From assembly GCF_000009045.1 (NCBI RefSeq), contig NC_000964.3:1426001-1490000 (forward strand): a stretch of DNA of 64,000 nt. The letters are read 5' to 3'. Position 1 is the first letter of the stretch. Each line of letters starts with the position of its first letter. The notes under the pieces are model-generated. The model worked only from the letters and a program-made list of their open reading frames with translations. It had not been told where the DNA came from and made no database searches. Position numbers and translations under genes: made by a program. The DNA comes from Bacillus subtilis subsp. subtilis str. 168. GTDB lineage: Bacteria > Bacillota > Bacilli > Bacillales > Bacillaceae. Positions 28,958-40,637 of this stretch are shown piece by piece.

Positions 28958-29063
28958 GTGATCTTCTCCTTTCAGCTAAAAACACAAAAAGATATCTGGT
29001 ACGTCCATATCATATTGTATGAAACGCATTCCAGATCAAGGGGATTTAGAAAGAAGGGAATCT

Positions 29064-30029
29064 ATGGCTAATATTAAAGACATTGCAGAGAAAGCCGGTG
29101 TCTCTGTTACAACGGTTTCCCGAGTCATAAACAATCATCCATACGTCAGTGAAGACAAACGAAAAAGAGTGTTTGAGGCAATGGAATCATTGGAGTACAC
29201 GAGAAATATTCACGCTGTACATTTGTCGAAAGGATTTTCAAACATGATTGGTGTTGTCTTGCCGACGGTTAATCTGCCATATTTTGCAGAGCTGATTGCA
29301 GGAATAGCCGACGCAGCCGCGGAATCCGGGGTTCACCTCTCTTTATTCCAAACAAACTATGAAGTACAAAAAGAAATCTTTGCGCTGTCCCAATTAAAGC
29401 AGCGCCAGGTTGACGGCCTGATTTTTTGCTCAAAGGCGCTTGCTGATGAGAAACTCATGGAATGGGAGGGCCCGATTTTGCTTTGCCAGAATTCAGATAA
29501 TGCCCGCTTCCCAACCATCAGCATTCCTCACCAAGAAGCATTTCGGAACGGCTTGGACTATTTAATTGCCAAAGGGCACAAAAAAATAGCCATCTGTTTG
29601 GCAAGAAAAAAAGGCATGAACAGCCATTTTCGAATCAAAGCCTACAAAGAGGCATTGGAAGAGATCGGCGAGGCATTTCGTGAAGACTGGGTAATTGAGA
29701 AAGCGATTACAATCAATGATGGGAAGGCGCTTTTTCATAAATGGAATACGTGGAAGGAAAAGCCGACGGCTATTTTTGTTGCCAATGACCAAGTCTCAGC
29801 AGGGCTTTTTCTTGAAGCAAAGAACCAGCGGGTGTCAGTACCGGATGAGCTTGCAATCTTAAGCGTTGATAACCACGAAATCAGCCAAGCGCTTGGAATC
29901 ACAACGATCGATATTCAGACAAGGGAAATGGGAAAGCAGGCATTTGCCATATTGGAAAAAAGAATTCAAGGACAGCCGATTGAAAGGAAAGTTCTGGATT
30001 ACCGTCTCATCGAAAGATCGACTGTTTAG
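29064..30029 (+). CDS. ykvZ: LacI-family transcriptional regulator
   Basis: IKDIAEKAGVSVTTVSRVIN HTH. Confidence 0.92.
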   Translation: MANIKDIAEKAGVSVTTVSRVINNHPYVSEDKRKRVFEAMESLEYTRNIHAVHLSKGFSNMIGVVLPTVNLPYFAELIAGIADAAAESGVHLSLFQTNYEVQKEIFALSQLKQRQVDGLIFCSKALADEKLMEWEGPILLCQNSDNARFPTISIPHQEAFRNGLDYLIAKGHKKIAICLARKKGMNSHFRIKAYKEALEEIGEAFREDWVIEKAITINDGKALFHKWNTWKEKPTAIFVANDQVSAGLFLEAKNQRVSVPDELAILSVDNHEISQALGITTIDIQTREMGKQAFAILEKRIQGQPIERKVLDYRLIERSTV

Positions 30030-30091
30030 TGAATGCATTGAAAAAAGGTTTGACGTGCATTCTGTTCGTTATGTACGATATGAGGTATTGA

Positions 30092-30958
30092 ATGACAAAG
30101 GAGCTGAGGATCGTGAATGGGTCCTTCACAGTGAAAAAGGTACTGAATAATAACGTATTAATTGCTTCTCATCATAAATACAGCGAAGTCGTTTTAATCG
30201 GAAAAGGTATTGGTTTCGGAAAAAAACAAGATGATGTCATTGAAGATAAAGGCTACGATAAAATGTTCATTTTAAAAGACGAGAAGGAACAAAAGCAGTT
30301 TAAAAAGCTCCTTGACTATGTTGATGAAAAGCTCGTTGATATTTCAAACGATGTCATCTATCACATAAGCAATAGGACGAATCACTCATTAAATGAACAT
30401 ATTCACATTGCGTTGACAGACCATATCGCATTTGCGATCAAAAGGCAGCAGCAGGGATTTGATATGAAAAATCCATTTCTAATGGAGACTCAGTCACTAT
30501 ATCCTGAGGAGTACCAAATTGCCAAAGAAGTCATAGATATGATCAATGAAAAAGCGGGACTCTGCCTTCCGGAAGGGGAGATTGGTTTTATCGCTCTGCA
30601 TATCCATTCAGCGTTGACAAACCGTCCGCTGTCCGAGGTCAATCAGCACTCTCAGCTCATGGCGCAGCTTGTCGAGGTGATTGAAGACTCATTTCAAATG
30701 AAAGTAAATAAGGAAAGTGTCAACTATTTGCGGCTGATCAGGCATATCAGATTTACAATAGAAAGAATTAAAAAAGAAGAACCGACTAAAGAACCAGAAA
30801 AATTAATGTTGTTATTGAAAAATGAATATCCGCTATGCTACAATACAGCTTGGAAATTGATTAAAATCTTGCAGCAAACATTGAAGAAACCAGTTCATGA
30901 GGCGGAAGCGGTTTATCTGACGCTTCATCTGTACCGATTAACCAATAAAATTTCATAA
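30092..30958 (+). CDS. glcT: BglG/SacY-family antiterminator of ptsG
   Basis: VKKVLNNNV CAT domain, GKGIGFGKK, two PRDs; alternative GTG start at 30113. Confidence 0.93.
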   Translation: MTKELRIVNGSFTVKKVLNNNVLIASHHKYSEVVLIGKGIGFGKKQDDVIEDKGYDKMFILKDEKEQKQFKKLLDYVDEKLVDISNDVIYHISNRTNHSLNEHIHIALTDHIAFAIKRQQQGFDMKNPFLMETQSLYPEEYQIAKEVIDMINEKAGLCLPEGEIGFIALHIHSALTNRPLSEVNQHSQLMAQLVEVIEDSFQMKVNKESVNYLRLIRHIRFTIERIKKEEPTKEPEKLMLLLKNEYPLCYNTAWKLIKILQQTLKKPVHEAEAVYLTLHLYRLTNKIS

Positions 30959-30977
30959 ATTCAGTTTATCCTTATAA

Positions 30978-31073
30978 CGTGTTACTGATTCGATCAGGCA
31001 TGAGTGATTGAGGGAAAAAAACGGGAAGTTCATTCTCGTTCTTTTGCGCACCCAATTTTGCTCATGCCTTTTT
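30978..31073 (+). promoter_or_regulatory. ptsG RAT overlapping a terminator
   Basis: GTGTTACTGATTCGATCAGGCATGAG RAT; GGCATGAG...CTCATGCC + T-tract terminator. Confidence 0.88.
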
Positions 31074-31186
31074 GTTGTGTAAAAGGGCAAATGTAAACGG
31101 TTAAACTGGAAGACTTACGCCTGTGAATTCGTTGTCATGATTTTTAGCTGTAAGGTCAGACTAGTAAAAAGAGGAGGTCAATTCTT

Positions 31187-33286
31187 ATGTTTAAAGCATT
31201 ATTCGGCGTTCTTCAAAAAATTGGGCGTGCGCTTATGCTTCCAGTTGCGATCCTTCCGGCTGCGGGTATTTTGCTTGCGATCGGGAATGCGATGCAAAAT
31301 AAGGACATGATTCAGGTCCTGCATTTCTTGAGCAATGACAATGTTCAGCTTGTAGCAGGTGTGATGGAAAGTGCTGGGCAGATTGTTTTCGATAACCTTC
31401 CGCTTCTTTTCGCAGTAGGTGTAGCCATCGGGCTTGCCAATGGTGATGGAGTTGCAGGGATTGCAGCAATTATCGGTTATCTTGTAATGAATGTATCCAT
31501 GAGTGCGGTTCTTCTTGCAAACGGAACCATTCCTTCGGATTCAGTTGAAAGAGCCAAGTTCTTTACGGAAAACCATCCTGCATATGTAAACATGCTTGGT
31601 ATACCTACCTTGGCGACAGGGGTGTTCGGCGGTATTATCGTCGGTGTGTTAGCTGCATTATTGTTTAACAGATTTTACACAATTGAACTGCCGCAATACC
31701 TTGGTTTCTTTGCGGGTAAACGTTTCGTTCCAATTGTTACGTCAATTTCTGCACTGATTCTGGGTCTTATTATGTTAGTGATCTGGCCTCCAATCCAGCA
31801 TGGATTGAATGCCTTTTCAACAGGATTAGTGGAAGCGAATCCAACCCTTGCTGCATTTATCTTCGGGGTGATTGAACGTTCGCTTATCCCATTCGGATTG
31901 CACCATATTTTCTATTCACCGTTCTGGTATGAATTCTTCAGCTATAAGAGTGCAGCAGGAGAAATCATCCGCGGGGATCAGCGTATCTTTATGGCGCAGA
32001 TTAAAGACGGCGTACAGTTAACGGCAGGTACGTTCATGACAGGTAAATATCCATTTATGATGTTCGGTCTGCCTGCTGCGGCGCTTGCCATTTATCATGA
32101 AGCAAAACCGCAAAACAAAAAACTCGTTGCAGGTATTATGGGTTCAGCGGCCTTGACATCTTTCTTAACGGGGATCACAGAGCCATTGGAATTTTCTTTC
32201 TTATTCGTTGCTCCAGTCCTGTTTGCGATTCACTGTTTGTTTGCGGGACTTTCATTCATGGTCATGCAGCTGTTGAATGTTAAGATTGGTATGACATTCT
32301 CCGGCGGTTTAATTGACTACTTCCTATTCGGTATTTTACCAAACCGGACGGCATGGTGGCTTGTCATCCCTGTCGGCTTAGGGTTAGCGGTCATTTACTA
32401 CTTTGGATTCCGATTTGCCATCCGCAAATTTAATCTGAAAACACCTGGACGCGAGGATGCTGCGGAAGAAACAGCAGCACCTGGGAAAACAGGTGAAGCA
32501 GGAGATCTTCCTTATGAGATTCTGCAGGCAATGGGTGACCAGGAAAACATCAAACACCTTGATGCTTGTATCACTCGTCTGCGTGTGACTGTAAACGATC
32601 AGAAAAAGGTTGATAAAGACCGTCTGAAACAGCTTGGCGCTTCCGGAGTGCTGGAAGTCGGCAACAACATTCAGGCTATTTTCGGACCGCGTTCTGACGG
32701 GTTAAAAACACAAATGCAAGACATTATTGCGGGACGCAAGCCTAGACCTGAGCCGAAAACATCTGCTCAAGAGGAAGTAGGCCAGCAGGTTGAGGAAGTG
32801 ATTGCAGAACCGCTGCAAAATGAAATCGGCGAGGAAGTTTTCGTTTCTCCGATTACCGGGGAAATTCACCCAATTACGGATGTTCCTGACCAAGTCTTCT
32901 CAGGGAAAATGATGGGTGACGGTTTTGCGATTCTCCCTTCTGAAGGAATTGTCGTATCACCGGTTCGCGGAAAAATTCTCAATGTGTTCCCGACAAAACA
33001 TGCGATCGGCCTGCAATCCGACGGCGGAAGAGAAATTTTAATCCACTTTGGTATTGATACCGTCAGCCTGAAGGGCGAAGGATTTACGTCTTTCGTATCA
33101 GAAGGAGACCGCGTTGAGCCTGGACAAAAACTTCTTGAAGTTGATCTGGATGCAGTCAAACCGAATGTACCATCTCTCATGACACCGATTGTATTTACAA
33201 ACCTTGCTGAAGGAGAAACAGTCAGCATTAAAGCAAGCGGTTCAGTCAACAGAGAACAAGAAGATATTGTGAAGATTGAAAAATAA
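31187..33286 (+). CDS. ptsG: PTS glucose-specific EIICBA
   Basis: GITEP (EIIC), ACITRLR (EIIB), KMMGDGFA and IHFGIDTV (EIIA). Confidence 0.97.
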
Positions 33287-33383
33287 GGGTGTTAGTACGC
33301 CGTGCTTGTCAGATGACAAGTACGGTTGTATGATATAATATTGTGAAGTAATAAAGCTTTAAGTTAAAAGGAGAATGATAAAA

Positions 33384-33650
33384 ATGGCACAAAAAACATT
33401 TAAAGTAACTGCAGATTCTGGAATCCATGCTCGTCCTGCGACAGTTCTTGTACAAACTGCTAGCAAATACGACGCTGACGTTAATTTAGAATATAACGGC
33501 AAAACAGTTAACCTTAAATCTATTATGGGTGTTATGTCTTTAGGTATCGCTAAAGGCGCTGAGATCACAATCTCTGCTTCCGGAGCTGACGAAAACGATG
33601 CTCTTAACGCTTTAGAAGAAACAATGAAAAGCGAAGGACTCGGCGAGTAA
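33384..33650 (+). CDS. ptsH: phosphocarrier HPr
   Basis: GIHARP (His15) and KSIMG (Ser46). Confidence 0.97.
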   Translation: MAQKTFKVTADSGIHARPATVLVQTASKYDADVNLEYNGKTVNLKSIMGVMSLGIAKGAEITISASGADENDALNALEETMKSEGLGE

Positions 33651-35362
33651 TGCAAGAATTAAAAGGGATTGGTGCTTCAGCCGGCATCGCGATTGCAAAA
33701 GCGTACCGGCTTGAAGAGCCAGATTTAACGGTTGAAAAGAAAAACATCTCTGATTCTGAAGCGGAAGTAAGCCGTTTTGATGAAGCGATTGCACGTTCAA
33801 AAGAAGAGCTCGAAAAAATCAAAGAGCACGCTTTGAAAGAACTGGGTCAGGATAAAGCTGATATTTTTTCTGCTCACCTTTTAGTTCTCAGTGACCCTGA
33901 GCTTCTGAACCCTGTGAAAGAAAAAATCAGCACTGATTCAGTGAACGCTGAATTCGCTTTAAAAGAAACGTCTTCTATGTTCGTTACTATGTTTGAATCT
34001 ATGGACAACGAATATATGAAAGAGCGTGCGGCAGATATCCGCGATGTAACAAAACGCGTAACCGGCCACCTGCTTGGCGTCGAAATTCCAAACCCAAGCA
34101 TGATCTCAGAAGAGGTTATTATTGTAGCTGAAGACTTAACACCGTCTGACACAGCTCAATTAAACCGTGAGTTCGTAAAAGGATTCACTACTGATATCGG
34201 CGGACGCACATCTCACTCTGCCATCATGGCACGTTCTCTTGAGATTCCAGCAGTTGTTGGAACGAAAGCTGCTACAGGCACGATCCAAAACGGCGTGACT
34301 GTTATCGTTGACGGTATCAATGGCGATGTCATTATTGACCCATCTGCGGAAACTGTAAAAGAGTATGAAGAAAAACATAATGCTTATTTGGCTCAAAAAG
34401 CTGAGTGGGCGAAGCTTGTCAATGAACCGACTGTCTCAAAAGACGGACATCATGTAGAGCTTGCAGCGAACATCGGTACTCCTGATGATGTAAAAGGTGT
34501 TCTTGAAAACGGCGGAGAAGCAGTTGGCCTTTACCGTACAGAATTCCTTTACATGGGAAGAGATCAGCTGCCTACAGAAGATGAGCAGTTTGATGCTTAC
34601 AAAACGGTTCTTGAGCGTATGGAAGGAAAATCAGTCGTCGTGCGGACACTTGATATCGGCGGAGACAAAGAGCTTCCTTACCTGCAGCTTCCTAAAGAAA
34701 TGAACCCGTTCCTGGGATATAGAGCGATTCGTCTTTGCCTTGAAGAGCAAGAAATCTTCAGAACACAGCTTCGCGCGCTGCTTCGTGCAAGTACATACGG
34801 AAACTTGAAAATCATGTTCCCTATGATTGCGACAGTTAACGAATTCAAAGAAGCAAAAGCGATCCTTCTTGAAGAGAAAGAAAAGCTCGTAAAAGCGGGA
34901 CAGGCTGTATCTGACGATATTGAAGTCGGAATGATGGTTGAGATTCCGTCAACTGCAGTCATCGCTGATCAGTTTGCTAAAGAGGTTGATTTCTTCAGTA
35001 TCGGAACAAACGATTTGATTCAATACACAATGGCAGCTGACCGTATGAATGAACGTGTATCTTACCTGTATCAGCCATACAACCCGGCAATCCTTCGCTT
35101 AATTACACTGGTAATTGAAGCAGCACACAAAGAAGGAAAATGGGTTGGCATGTGCGGAGAAATGGCAGGAGACGAGATTGCGATTCCGATCCTTCTCGGC
35201 TTAGGCTTAGATGAGTTCTCAATGAGCGCAACGTCTATCCTTCCGGCAAGAACACAAATCAGCAAATTGTCTAAACAAGAAGCTGAGTCATTCAAAGAGA
35301 AAATCTTATCTATGAGCACGACAGAAGAAGTTGTCGCGTTCGTAAAAGAAACATTCAAGTAA
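33650..35362 (+). CDS. ptsI: PTS enzyme I
   Basis: [26 protein letters not shown] and GMCGE motifs. Confidence 0.97.
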   Translation: MQELKGIGASAGIAIAKAYRLEEPDLTVEKKNISDSEAEVSRFDEAIARSKEELEKIKEHALKELGQDKADIFSAHLLVLSDPELLNPVKEKISTDSVNAEFALKETSSMFVTMFESMDNEYMKERAADIRDVTKRVTGHLLGVEIPNPSMISEEVIIVAEDLTPSDTAQLNREFVKGFTTDIGGRTSHSAIMARSLEIPAVVGTKAATGTIQNGVTVIVDGINGDVIIDPSAETVKEYEEKHNAYLAQKAEWAKLVNEPTVSKDGHHVELAANIGTPDDVKGVLENGGEAVGLYRTEFLYMGRDQLPTEDEQFDAYKTVLERMEGKSVVVRTLDIGGDKELPYLQLPKEMNPFLGYRAIRLCLEEQEIFRTQLRALLRASTYGNLKIMFPMIATVNEFKEAKAILLEEKEKLVKAGQAVSDDIEVGMMVEIPSTAVIADQFAKEVDFFSIGTNDLIQYTMAADRMNERVSYLYQPYNPAILRLITLVIEAAHKEGKWVGMCGEMAGDEIAIPILLGLGLDEFSMSATSILPARTQISKLSKQEAESFKEKILSMSTTEEVVAFVKETFK

Positions 35363-35402
35363 TGTACAAAAACCAGACGGCCTCCGGCCTGTCTGGTTTT
35401 TT

Positions 35403-35432
35403 TCATAAGTAAGGGTATAGAAGGACACAATA
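35403..35432 (+). promoter_or_regulatory. probable sigma-G promoter of splAB
   Basis: TCATA-18 bp-CACAATA. Confidence 0.55.
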
Positions 35433-35452
35433 ACATGGCTAGGAGGGATAGT

Positions 35453-35692
35453 ATGTCAAACCAATTTAACGCAGGAGATACTGTTTATGTGATCTACAGA
35501 AATCCGCACGCCGCCAATGTAGCCCACATAAAGGAAGCCGAAATTGTGCACCATCCATACCATGAAGGCGAGCTTTCCCTGTTTATTTATGAAACCTATC
35601 ATCCATTCGCAGAGGACGATGCTGTGTTTGCAAGCTATGAAGAAGCTAAATCGCTTTACAAAGAACTGTTTGATATTGATCCGTATGAGTAA
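35453..35692 (+). CDS. splA: regulator of the spore photoproduct lyase operon
   Basis: RBS AGGAGG; VIYRNPH motif; upstream of splB. Confidence 0.88.
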   Translation: MSNQFNAGDTVYVIYRNPHAANVAHIKEAEIVHHPYHEGELSLFIYETYHPFAEDDAVFASYEEAKSLYKELFDIDPYE

Positions 35693-35769
35693 CAAGGAAA
35701 TCATTACAACTCATATCCTTTCCGCCTAGTGAGAAAAGTAACGTTAGTAAAGGAAAAGGATGTGGCATC

Positions 35770-36798
35770 ATGCAGAACCCATTTGTTCCGCAGCTTGTGT
35801 ATATAGAACCGAGGGCGCTGGAATATCCGCTGGGCCAAGAATTACAAGATAAATTTGAGAATATGGGTATTGAAATCAGAGAAACGACATCCCACAATCA
35901 GGTGCGTAATATCCCTGGGAAAAATCATCTTCAGCAATATCGCAATGCGAAATCAACTTTAGTTATCGGTGTCCGGAAAACATTAAAGTTTGATTCATCC
36001 AAACCCTCGGCCGAATATGCCATTCCGTTTGCAACAGGCTGCATGGGGCATTGTCATTACTGCTACCTGCAAACAACCATGGGATCAAAGCCGTATATCA
36101 GAACTTATGTAAACGTCGAAGAGATTTTAGATCAGGCAGATAAGTATATGAAGGAGCGCGCACCAGAGTTCACAAGGTTCGAAGCATCATGTACGTCAGA
36201 CATTGTAGGAATTGATCATCTGACACACACGCTGAAGCGCGCCATTGAACATTTTGGCCAAAGTGATCTCGGAAAGCTCCGATTTGTAACGAAATTTCAT
36301 CATGTCGATCACCTATTAGACGCAAAGCATAACGGGAAAACGAGATTCAGATTCAGTATTAATGCCGACTATGTGATTAAAAACTTTGAGCCGGGAACTT
36401 CACCTCTTGATAAGCGGATAGAAGCGGCAGTAAAAGTTGCAAAAGCAGGCTACCCGCTAGGCTTTATTGTTGCTCCGATTTATATTCATGAAGGCTGGGA
36501 AGAAGGATACAGACATCTGTTTGAAAAGCTAGATGCTGCTTTGCCGCAGGACGTTAGACATGACATTACGTTTGAATTAATTCAACACCGTTTTACAAAA
36601 CCGGCCAAACGAGTGATAGAGAAAAATTATCCGAAGACGAAGCTCGAATTAGATGAAGAAAAGCGCCGTTATAAATGGGGCCGTTACGGGATCGGAAAAT
36701 ATATTTATCAGAAAGATGAAGAGCATGCACTTCGAGAGGCACTTGAATCCTATATTGATACCTTTTTCCCTAACGCAAAAATTGAATATTTCACTTAA
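35770..36798 (+). CDS. splB: spore photoproduct lyase (radical SAM)
   Basis: CMGHCHYC; recognised sequence. Confidence 0.96.
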   Translation: MQNPFVPQLVYIEPRALEYPLGQELQDKFENMGIEIRETTSHNQVRNIPGKNHLQQYRNAKSTLVIGVRKTLKFDSSKPSAEYAIPFATGCMGHCHYCYLQTTMGSKPYIRTYVNVEEILDQADKYMKERAPEFTRFEASCTSDIVGIDHLTHTLKRAIEHFGQSDLGKLRFVTKFHHVDHLLDAKHNGKTRFRFSINADYVIKNFEPGTSPLDKRIEAAVKVAKAGYPLGFIVAPIYIHEGWEEGYRHLFEKLDAALPQDVRHDITFELIQHRFTKPAKRVIEKNYPKTKLELDEEKRRYKWGRYGIGKYIYQKDEEHALREALESYIDTFFPNAKIEYFT

Positions 36799-36812
36799 AC
36801 GGGCTGTTGTGA

Positions 36813-37493
36813 TCAACAGCTCGCTTTTTTATAAAAAACATTTTTCCATTCCATCAAAACGCCGTAATTCAATGATTCTTTATCCTCCAAATAATTGCTG
36901 ACTACACGAATAGGTGAACGCCCGCAACGGAGGAGAAAGGACAGCACAGGGTCGTTTTTCCTGCCTTCCATCACATCTTCAACGTACTGAACAGCGCTGA
37001 TCTCGTGTGCGTATTTATAATACAAAGGAATGCGGCCGCCGCCGAGAAGGCGTTCCAGTCTTTTATCAACAGTCAGCTCATACATCGTATTCATCAGCCA
37101 TTTTCCGATTCCAAGCTTTCGATAATGAGGAGAAACAGAAATATCCACTACATATAAAGTATTTCCATGAGGTTCATGATTTTTAATCGATCCGTTGTCA
37201 GTTGCTTGTGCCCATGTATGATCAGGAGAATCAGGCTCAAATTGTACAATAAGAGCAGTCATGGAACCGATAATTCTGCCATTGATGAGCGCGCATAAAG
37301 CGCCTTCCGGAAAGGTTTTGATATGGCTGGCAAGCTGGTCCTCTGACCACAGCAATTCCTGGGGAAACGGAGGAGGGAAACATTCTTCTTGAAGAGAAAT
37401 CAGCCTCTCGATGTCAGTCTCAGTGTAGTTTCTAATGGTCAGAGCCTCAAATTTTCTGCCGTCATGCACATACATTTGTTTTAGTATGATCAT
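36813..37493 (-). CDS. ykwB: GNAT-family acetyltransferase
   Basis: ISVSPHYRKLGIGKWL acetyl-CoA-binding motif. Confidence 0.85.
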   Translation of the reverse strand: MIILKQMYVHDGRKFEALTIRNYTETDIERLISLQEECFPPPFPQELLWSEDQLASHIKTFPEGALCALINGRIIGSMTALIVQFEPDSPDHTWAQATDNGSIKNHEPHGNTLYVVDISVSPHYRKLGIGKWLMNTMYELTVDKRLERLLGGGRIPLYYKYAHEISAVQYVEDVMEGRKNDPVLSFLLRCGRSPIRVVSNYLEDKESLNYGVLMEWKNVFYKKASC

Positions 37494-37578
37494 CACTCTC
37501 CTTATGTTGTTTCATTATAACGAAGATTGAATTTTCAGTAAATATATTCCGATTTTCTTATAATTTATTTTTTGATTA

Positions 37579-37606
37579 TTCATTTTTCAAACGAAAGGGC
37601 CGATAT
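37579..37606 (+). promoter_or_regulatory. sigma-D promoter of mcpC
   Basis: TTCA-16 bp-GCCGATAT. Confidence 0.65.
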
Positions 37607-37627
37607 AGAAATTAGGAGGGGATTGGT

Positions 37628-39595
37628 TTGTTTAAAAAACTTCACATGAAGATTGCTGTTTTTGTTTCGATTATGTTAATCATCACAGTTGTTCTCTTAA
37701 TGCTGTCTTCTTATTTGACGCTAAAACCGATGATTACAGAGGATGGGAAAAATACAACTCAAAACGTGACGCAGTCACTTGAACAAAATATTGAATTGCA
37801 ATTAAAGAGTTATGCCATTTCGTTATCAAGATTGGCTAATGGGGAATTAACGCATACATTTGTAACGAAACCAAGTAAAGAAGCTTCTCGGCTGTTTCAC
37901 GATGACATTAAGCAAATCAAAGACAACGATGATTATGTTGCGATGGCTTACATAGGCACCGCAAAAAAAGAAATGTTTACATATCCAAAAGCGGATTTCG
38001 CTGAGGATTACGATCCAACATCAAGACCATGGTATAAGCTTGCAGCTGAAACCCCGGATCAAGTTGTTTGGACGGAACCTTATAAAGATGTCGTGACAGG
38101 AGACATGATTGTTACTGCATCGAAAGCGATCTTAGACAGGCAAAAAGTGATAGGGGTTGCCAGCTATGACTTGAAACTCTCTGCTATCCAGAGTATGGTC
38201 AATAAACAAAAGGTGCCTTACAAAGGATTTGCCTTTTTAGCTGATGCGAGCGGCAATCTTTTAGCCCATCCGTCAAATCAAGGAAAAAATATATCAAAGG
38301 ATCAAACACTGCAAACCATCGCATCCGAGAAAAAAGGGATACAAGATGTGAATGGGAAAATGGTTGTGTACCAAACGATTGGCGAGACAGGCTGGAAGGT
38401 CGGAACGCAATTTGATACCGATCAATTAATGTGGATTTCAGATAAAATGAATCGGGCCAATCTTTGGATATCATTGATTGCGCTTATCATAACAATTATT
38501 CTCAGCTACTTCCTGGCCAAAACGATAACCGGTCCGATACAGCAGCTGATCGTAAAAACGAAAGCTGTTTCCGCAGGCGATTTAACAGTGCGCGCGGAAT
38601 CAAAATCTAAGGATGAAGTCGGTATTTTAACAAGAGATTTCAATCTGATGGTTGAAAATATGAAGGAAATGGTTGAGCAAGTGAGACTCTCTTCAGGGAA
38701 AGTATCTGACACCTCTGAACAACTAACGGCTGTGGCTGCCGAAACTAATGAAACAAGCGGACAAATTGCAAAAGCGATTGAAGAAGTAGCCGCAGGGGCA
38801 TCGGAACAGGCTTCTGAAGTTGAAACCATTAATGAAAAATCGGAAAGCCTGTCAACGAAAATCAGGCAAATCGCTGAGGAGGCAGGCGGAATTAAAGAAC
38901 GCTCAAAATCGTCCGAGGATGCAAGCTATAAAGGACTTGACGCGCTCGGCCAGCTGCTGATGAAATCAAACGAAGCCAATATGGAAACGAAAAAGGTTGA
39001 AACGATGCTGCTGGATTTGGAAAATCAAACTAAGAATATTGAAGAAGTCGTTACAGCGATTTCAAACATATCTGATCAAACCAACTTGCTTGCCTTAAAT
39101 GCCAGTATTGAGGCAGCCAGAGCCGGAGAAAGCGGGCGCGGTTTTGCCGTCGTAGCCGATGAAGTGCGGAAGTTAGCTGAGCAATCAGCCCTTTCTACAA
39201 AGCATATCAGCGAGACTGTGAAGCTTATCCAGCTTGAGACAAAAGAGGCCTCTCACGCGATGGTTGAGGCAAGCAGAATGAATGATGAACAAAACAGTGC
39301 AATTCACGAAACTGGAGAGGTATTAAATACGATAACTGCAGAAATGCAGTCACTGGTACAAGGTATTGATCACATTTACGCGGAAATTCAAAGAATGAGT
39401 GAAGAACAGCTTGCGATTTCTGAAGCCATTCAAAGCATTTCAGCCATATCACAGGAATCAGCTGCCGCAGCAGAGGAAGTGAACGCATCAACCGATGAAC
39501 AGCTTGTCACCCTTGATAAAGTCAAACACTCAACGGAAACACTAAAACATGCAAGCCAAGAGCTTATGAACACAATTGCAAAATTCACATTGTAA
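37628..39595 (+). CDS. mcpC: methyl-accepting chemotaxis protein (dCache sensor)
   Basis: YDPTSRPWY Cache motif, [31 protein letters not shown]. Confidence 0.94.
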   Translation: MFKKLHMKIAVFVSIMLIITVVLLMLSSYLTLKPMITEDGKNTTQNVTQSLEQNIELQLKSYAISLSRLANGELTHTFVTKPSKEASRLFHDDIKQIKDNDDYVAMAYIGTAKKEMFTYPKADFAEDYDPTSRPWYKLAAETPDQVVWTEPYKDVVTGDMIVTASKAILDRQKVIGVASYDLKLSAIQSMVNKQKVPYKGFAFLADASGNLLAHPSNQGKNISKDQTLQTIASEKKGIQDVNGKMVVYQTIGETGWKVGTQFDTDQLMWISDKMNRANLWISLIALIITIILSYFLAKTITGPIQQLIVKTKAVSAGDLTVRAESKSKDEVGILTRDFNLMVENMKEMVEQVRLSSGKVSDTSEQLTAVAAETNETSGQIAKAIEEVAAGASEQASEVETINEKSESLSTKIRQIAEEAGGIKERSKSSEDASYKGLDALGQLLMKSNEANMETKKVETMLLDLENQTKNIEEVVTAISNISDQTNLLALNASIEAARAGESGRGFAVVADEVRKLAEQSALSTKHISETVKLIQLETKEASHAMVEASRMNDEQNSAIHETGEVLNTITAEMQSLVQGIDHIYAEIQRMSEEQLAISEAIQSISAISQESAAAAEEVNASTDEQLVTLDKVKHSTETLKHASQELMNTIAKFTL

Positions 39596-39726
39596 TCCAA
39601 TTACATCCCCAAACATCATTTGTTTTGGGGATTTTTTATTTTATAAGATGAATAGATATGGTAGTCTAGAAAATGAAGGAAAAATGATAAATTTTAACTA
39701 AAATCTAAACGAAACATCTGGGAGGA

Positions 39727-40599
39727 ATGACCTTGAAAAAAACAATTGGTTTTATCGGTCTTGGAGTAATGGGAAAAAGCATGGCATCACATATTCTCAA
39801 TGACGGCCATCCTGTATTGGTGTACACCCGGACAAAAGAAAAAGCAGAAAGCATACTTCAAAAAGGCGCGATCTGGAAAGATACGGTCAAAGATCTTTCG
39901 AAAGAAGCGGATGTTATCATCACAATGGTCGGCTATCCCAGTGATGTTGAAGAAGTGTATTTCGGAAGCAATGGAATTATTGAAAACGCAAAAGAAGGTG
40001 CATATCTTATTGATATGACGACATCTAAGCCTTCGCTTGCGAAGAAGATTGCTGAAGCGGCCAAAGAAAAAGCATTGTTCGCTTTAGACGCTCCTGTTTC
40101 CGGTGGAGACATCGGTGCACAAAACGGAACACTCGCGATTATGGTCGGTGGAGAAAAAGAAGCTTTTGAAGCCTGCATGCCGATTTTCTCTTTAATGGGA
40201 GAGAATATTCAGTATCAAGGACCGGCTGGAAGCGGACAGCATACCAAGATGTGCAATCAGATTGCAATTGCAGCCGGTATGATCGGTGTTGCTGAAGCGA
40301 TGGCTTATGCCCAAAAATCAGGCCTAGAGCCGGAAAATGTTCTGAAAAGCATCACAACGGGCGCAGCCGGAAGCTGGTCATTGTCAAATCTTGCTCCCCG
40401 TATGCTGCAAGGCAACTTTGAACCGGGATTTTATGTGAAGCATTTTATTAAGGATATGGGAATTGCACTAGAGGAAGCAGAATTAATGGGGGAAGAAATG
40501 CCAGGCTTGTCGCTCGCAAAATCTTTATATGACAAGCTAGCTGCTCAAGGTGAAGAAAACAGCGGAACACAGAGTATATATAAGCTTTGGGTGAAATAA
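39727..40599 (+). CDS. ykwC: beta-hydroxyacid dehydrogenase family protein
   Basis: GFIGLGVMG, DAPVSGG, GSGQHTKMCNQ. Confidence 0.88.
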   Translation: MTLKKTIGFIGLGVMGKSMASHILNDGHPVLVYTRTKEKAESILQKGAIWKDTVKDLSKEADVIITMVGYPSDVEEVYFGSNGIIENAKEGAYLIDMTTSKPSLAKKIAEAAKEKALFALDAPVSGGDIGAQNGTLAIMVGGEKEAFEACMPIFSLMGENIQYQGPAGSGQHTKMCNQIAIAAGMIGVAEAMAYAQKSGLEPENVLKSITTGAAGSWSLSNLAPRMLQGNFEPGFYVKHFIKDMGIALEEAELMGEEMPGLSLAKSLYDKLAAQGEENSGTQSIYKLWVK

Positions 40600-40637
40600 A
40601 AAAAGATTGCCTGTACGAAACAGGCAATCTTTTTTTA

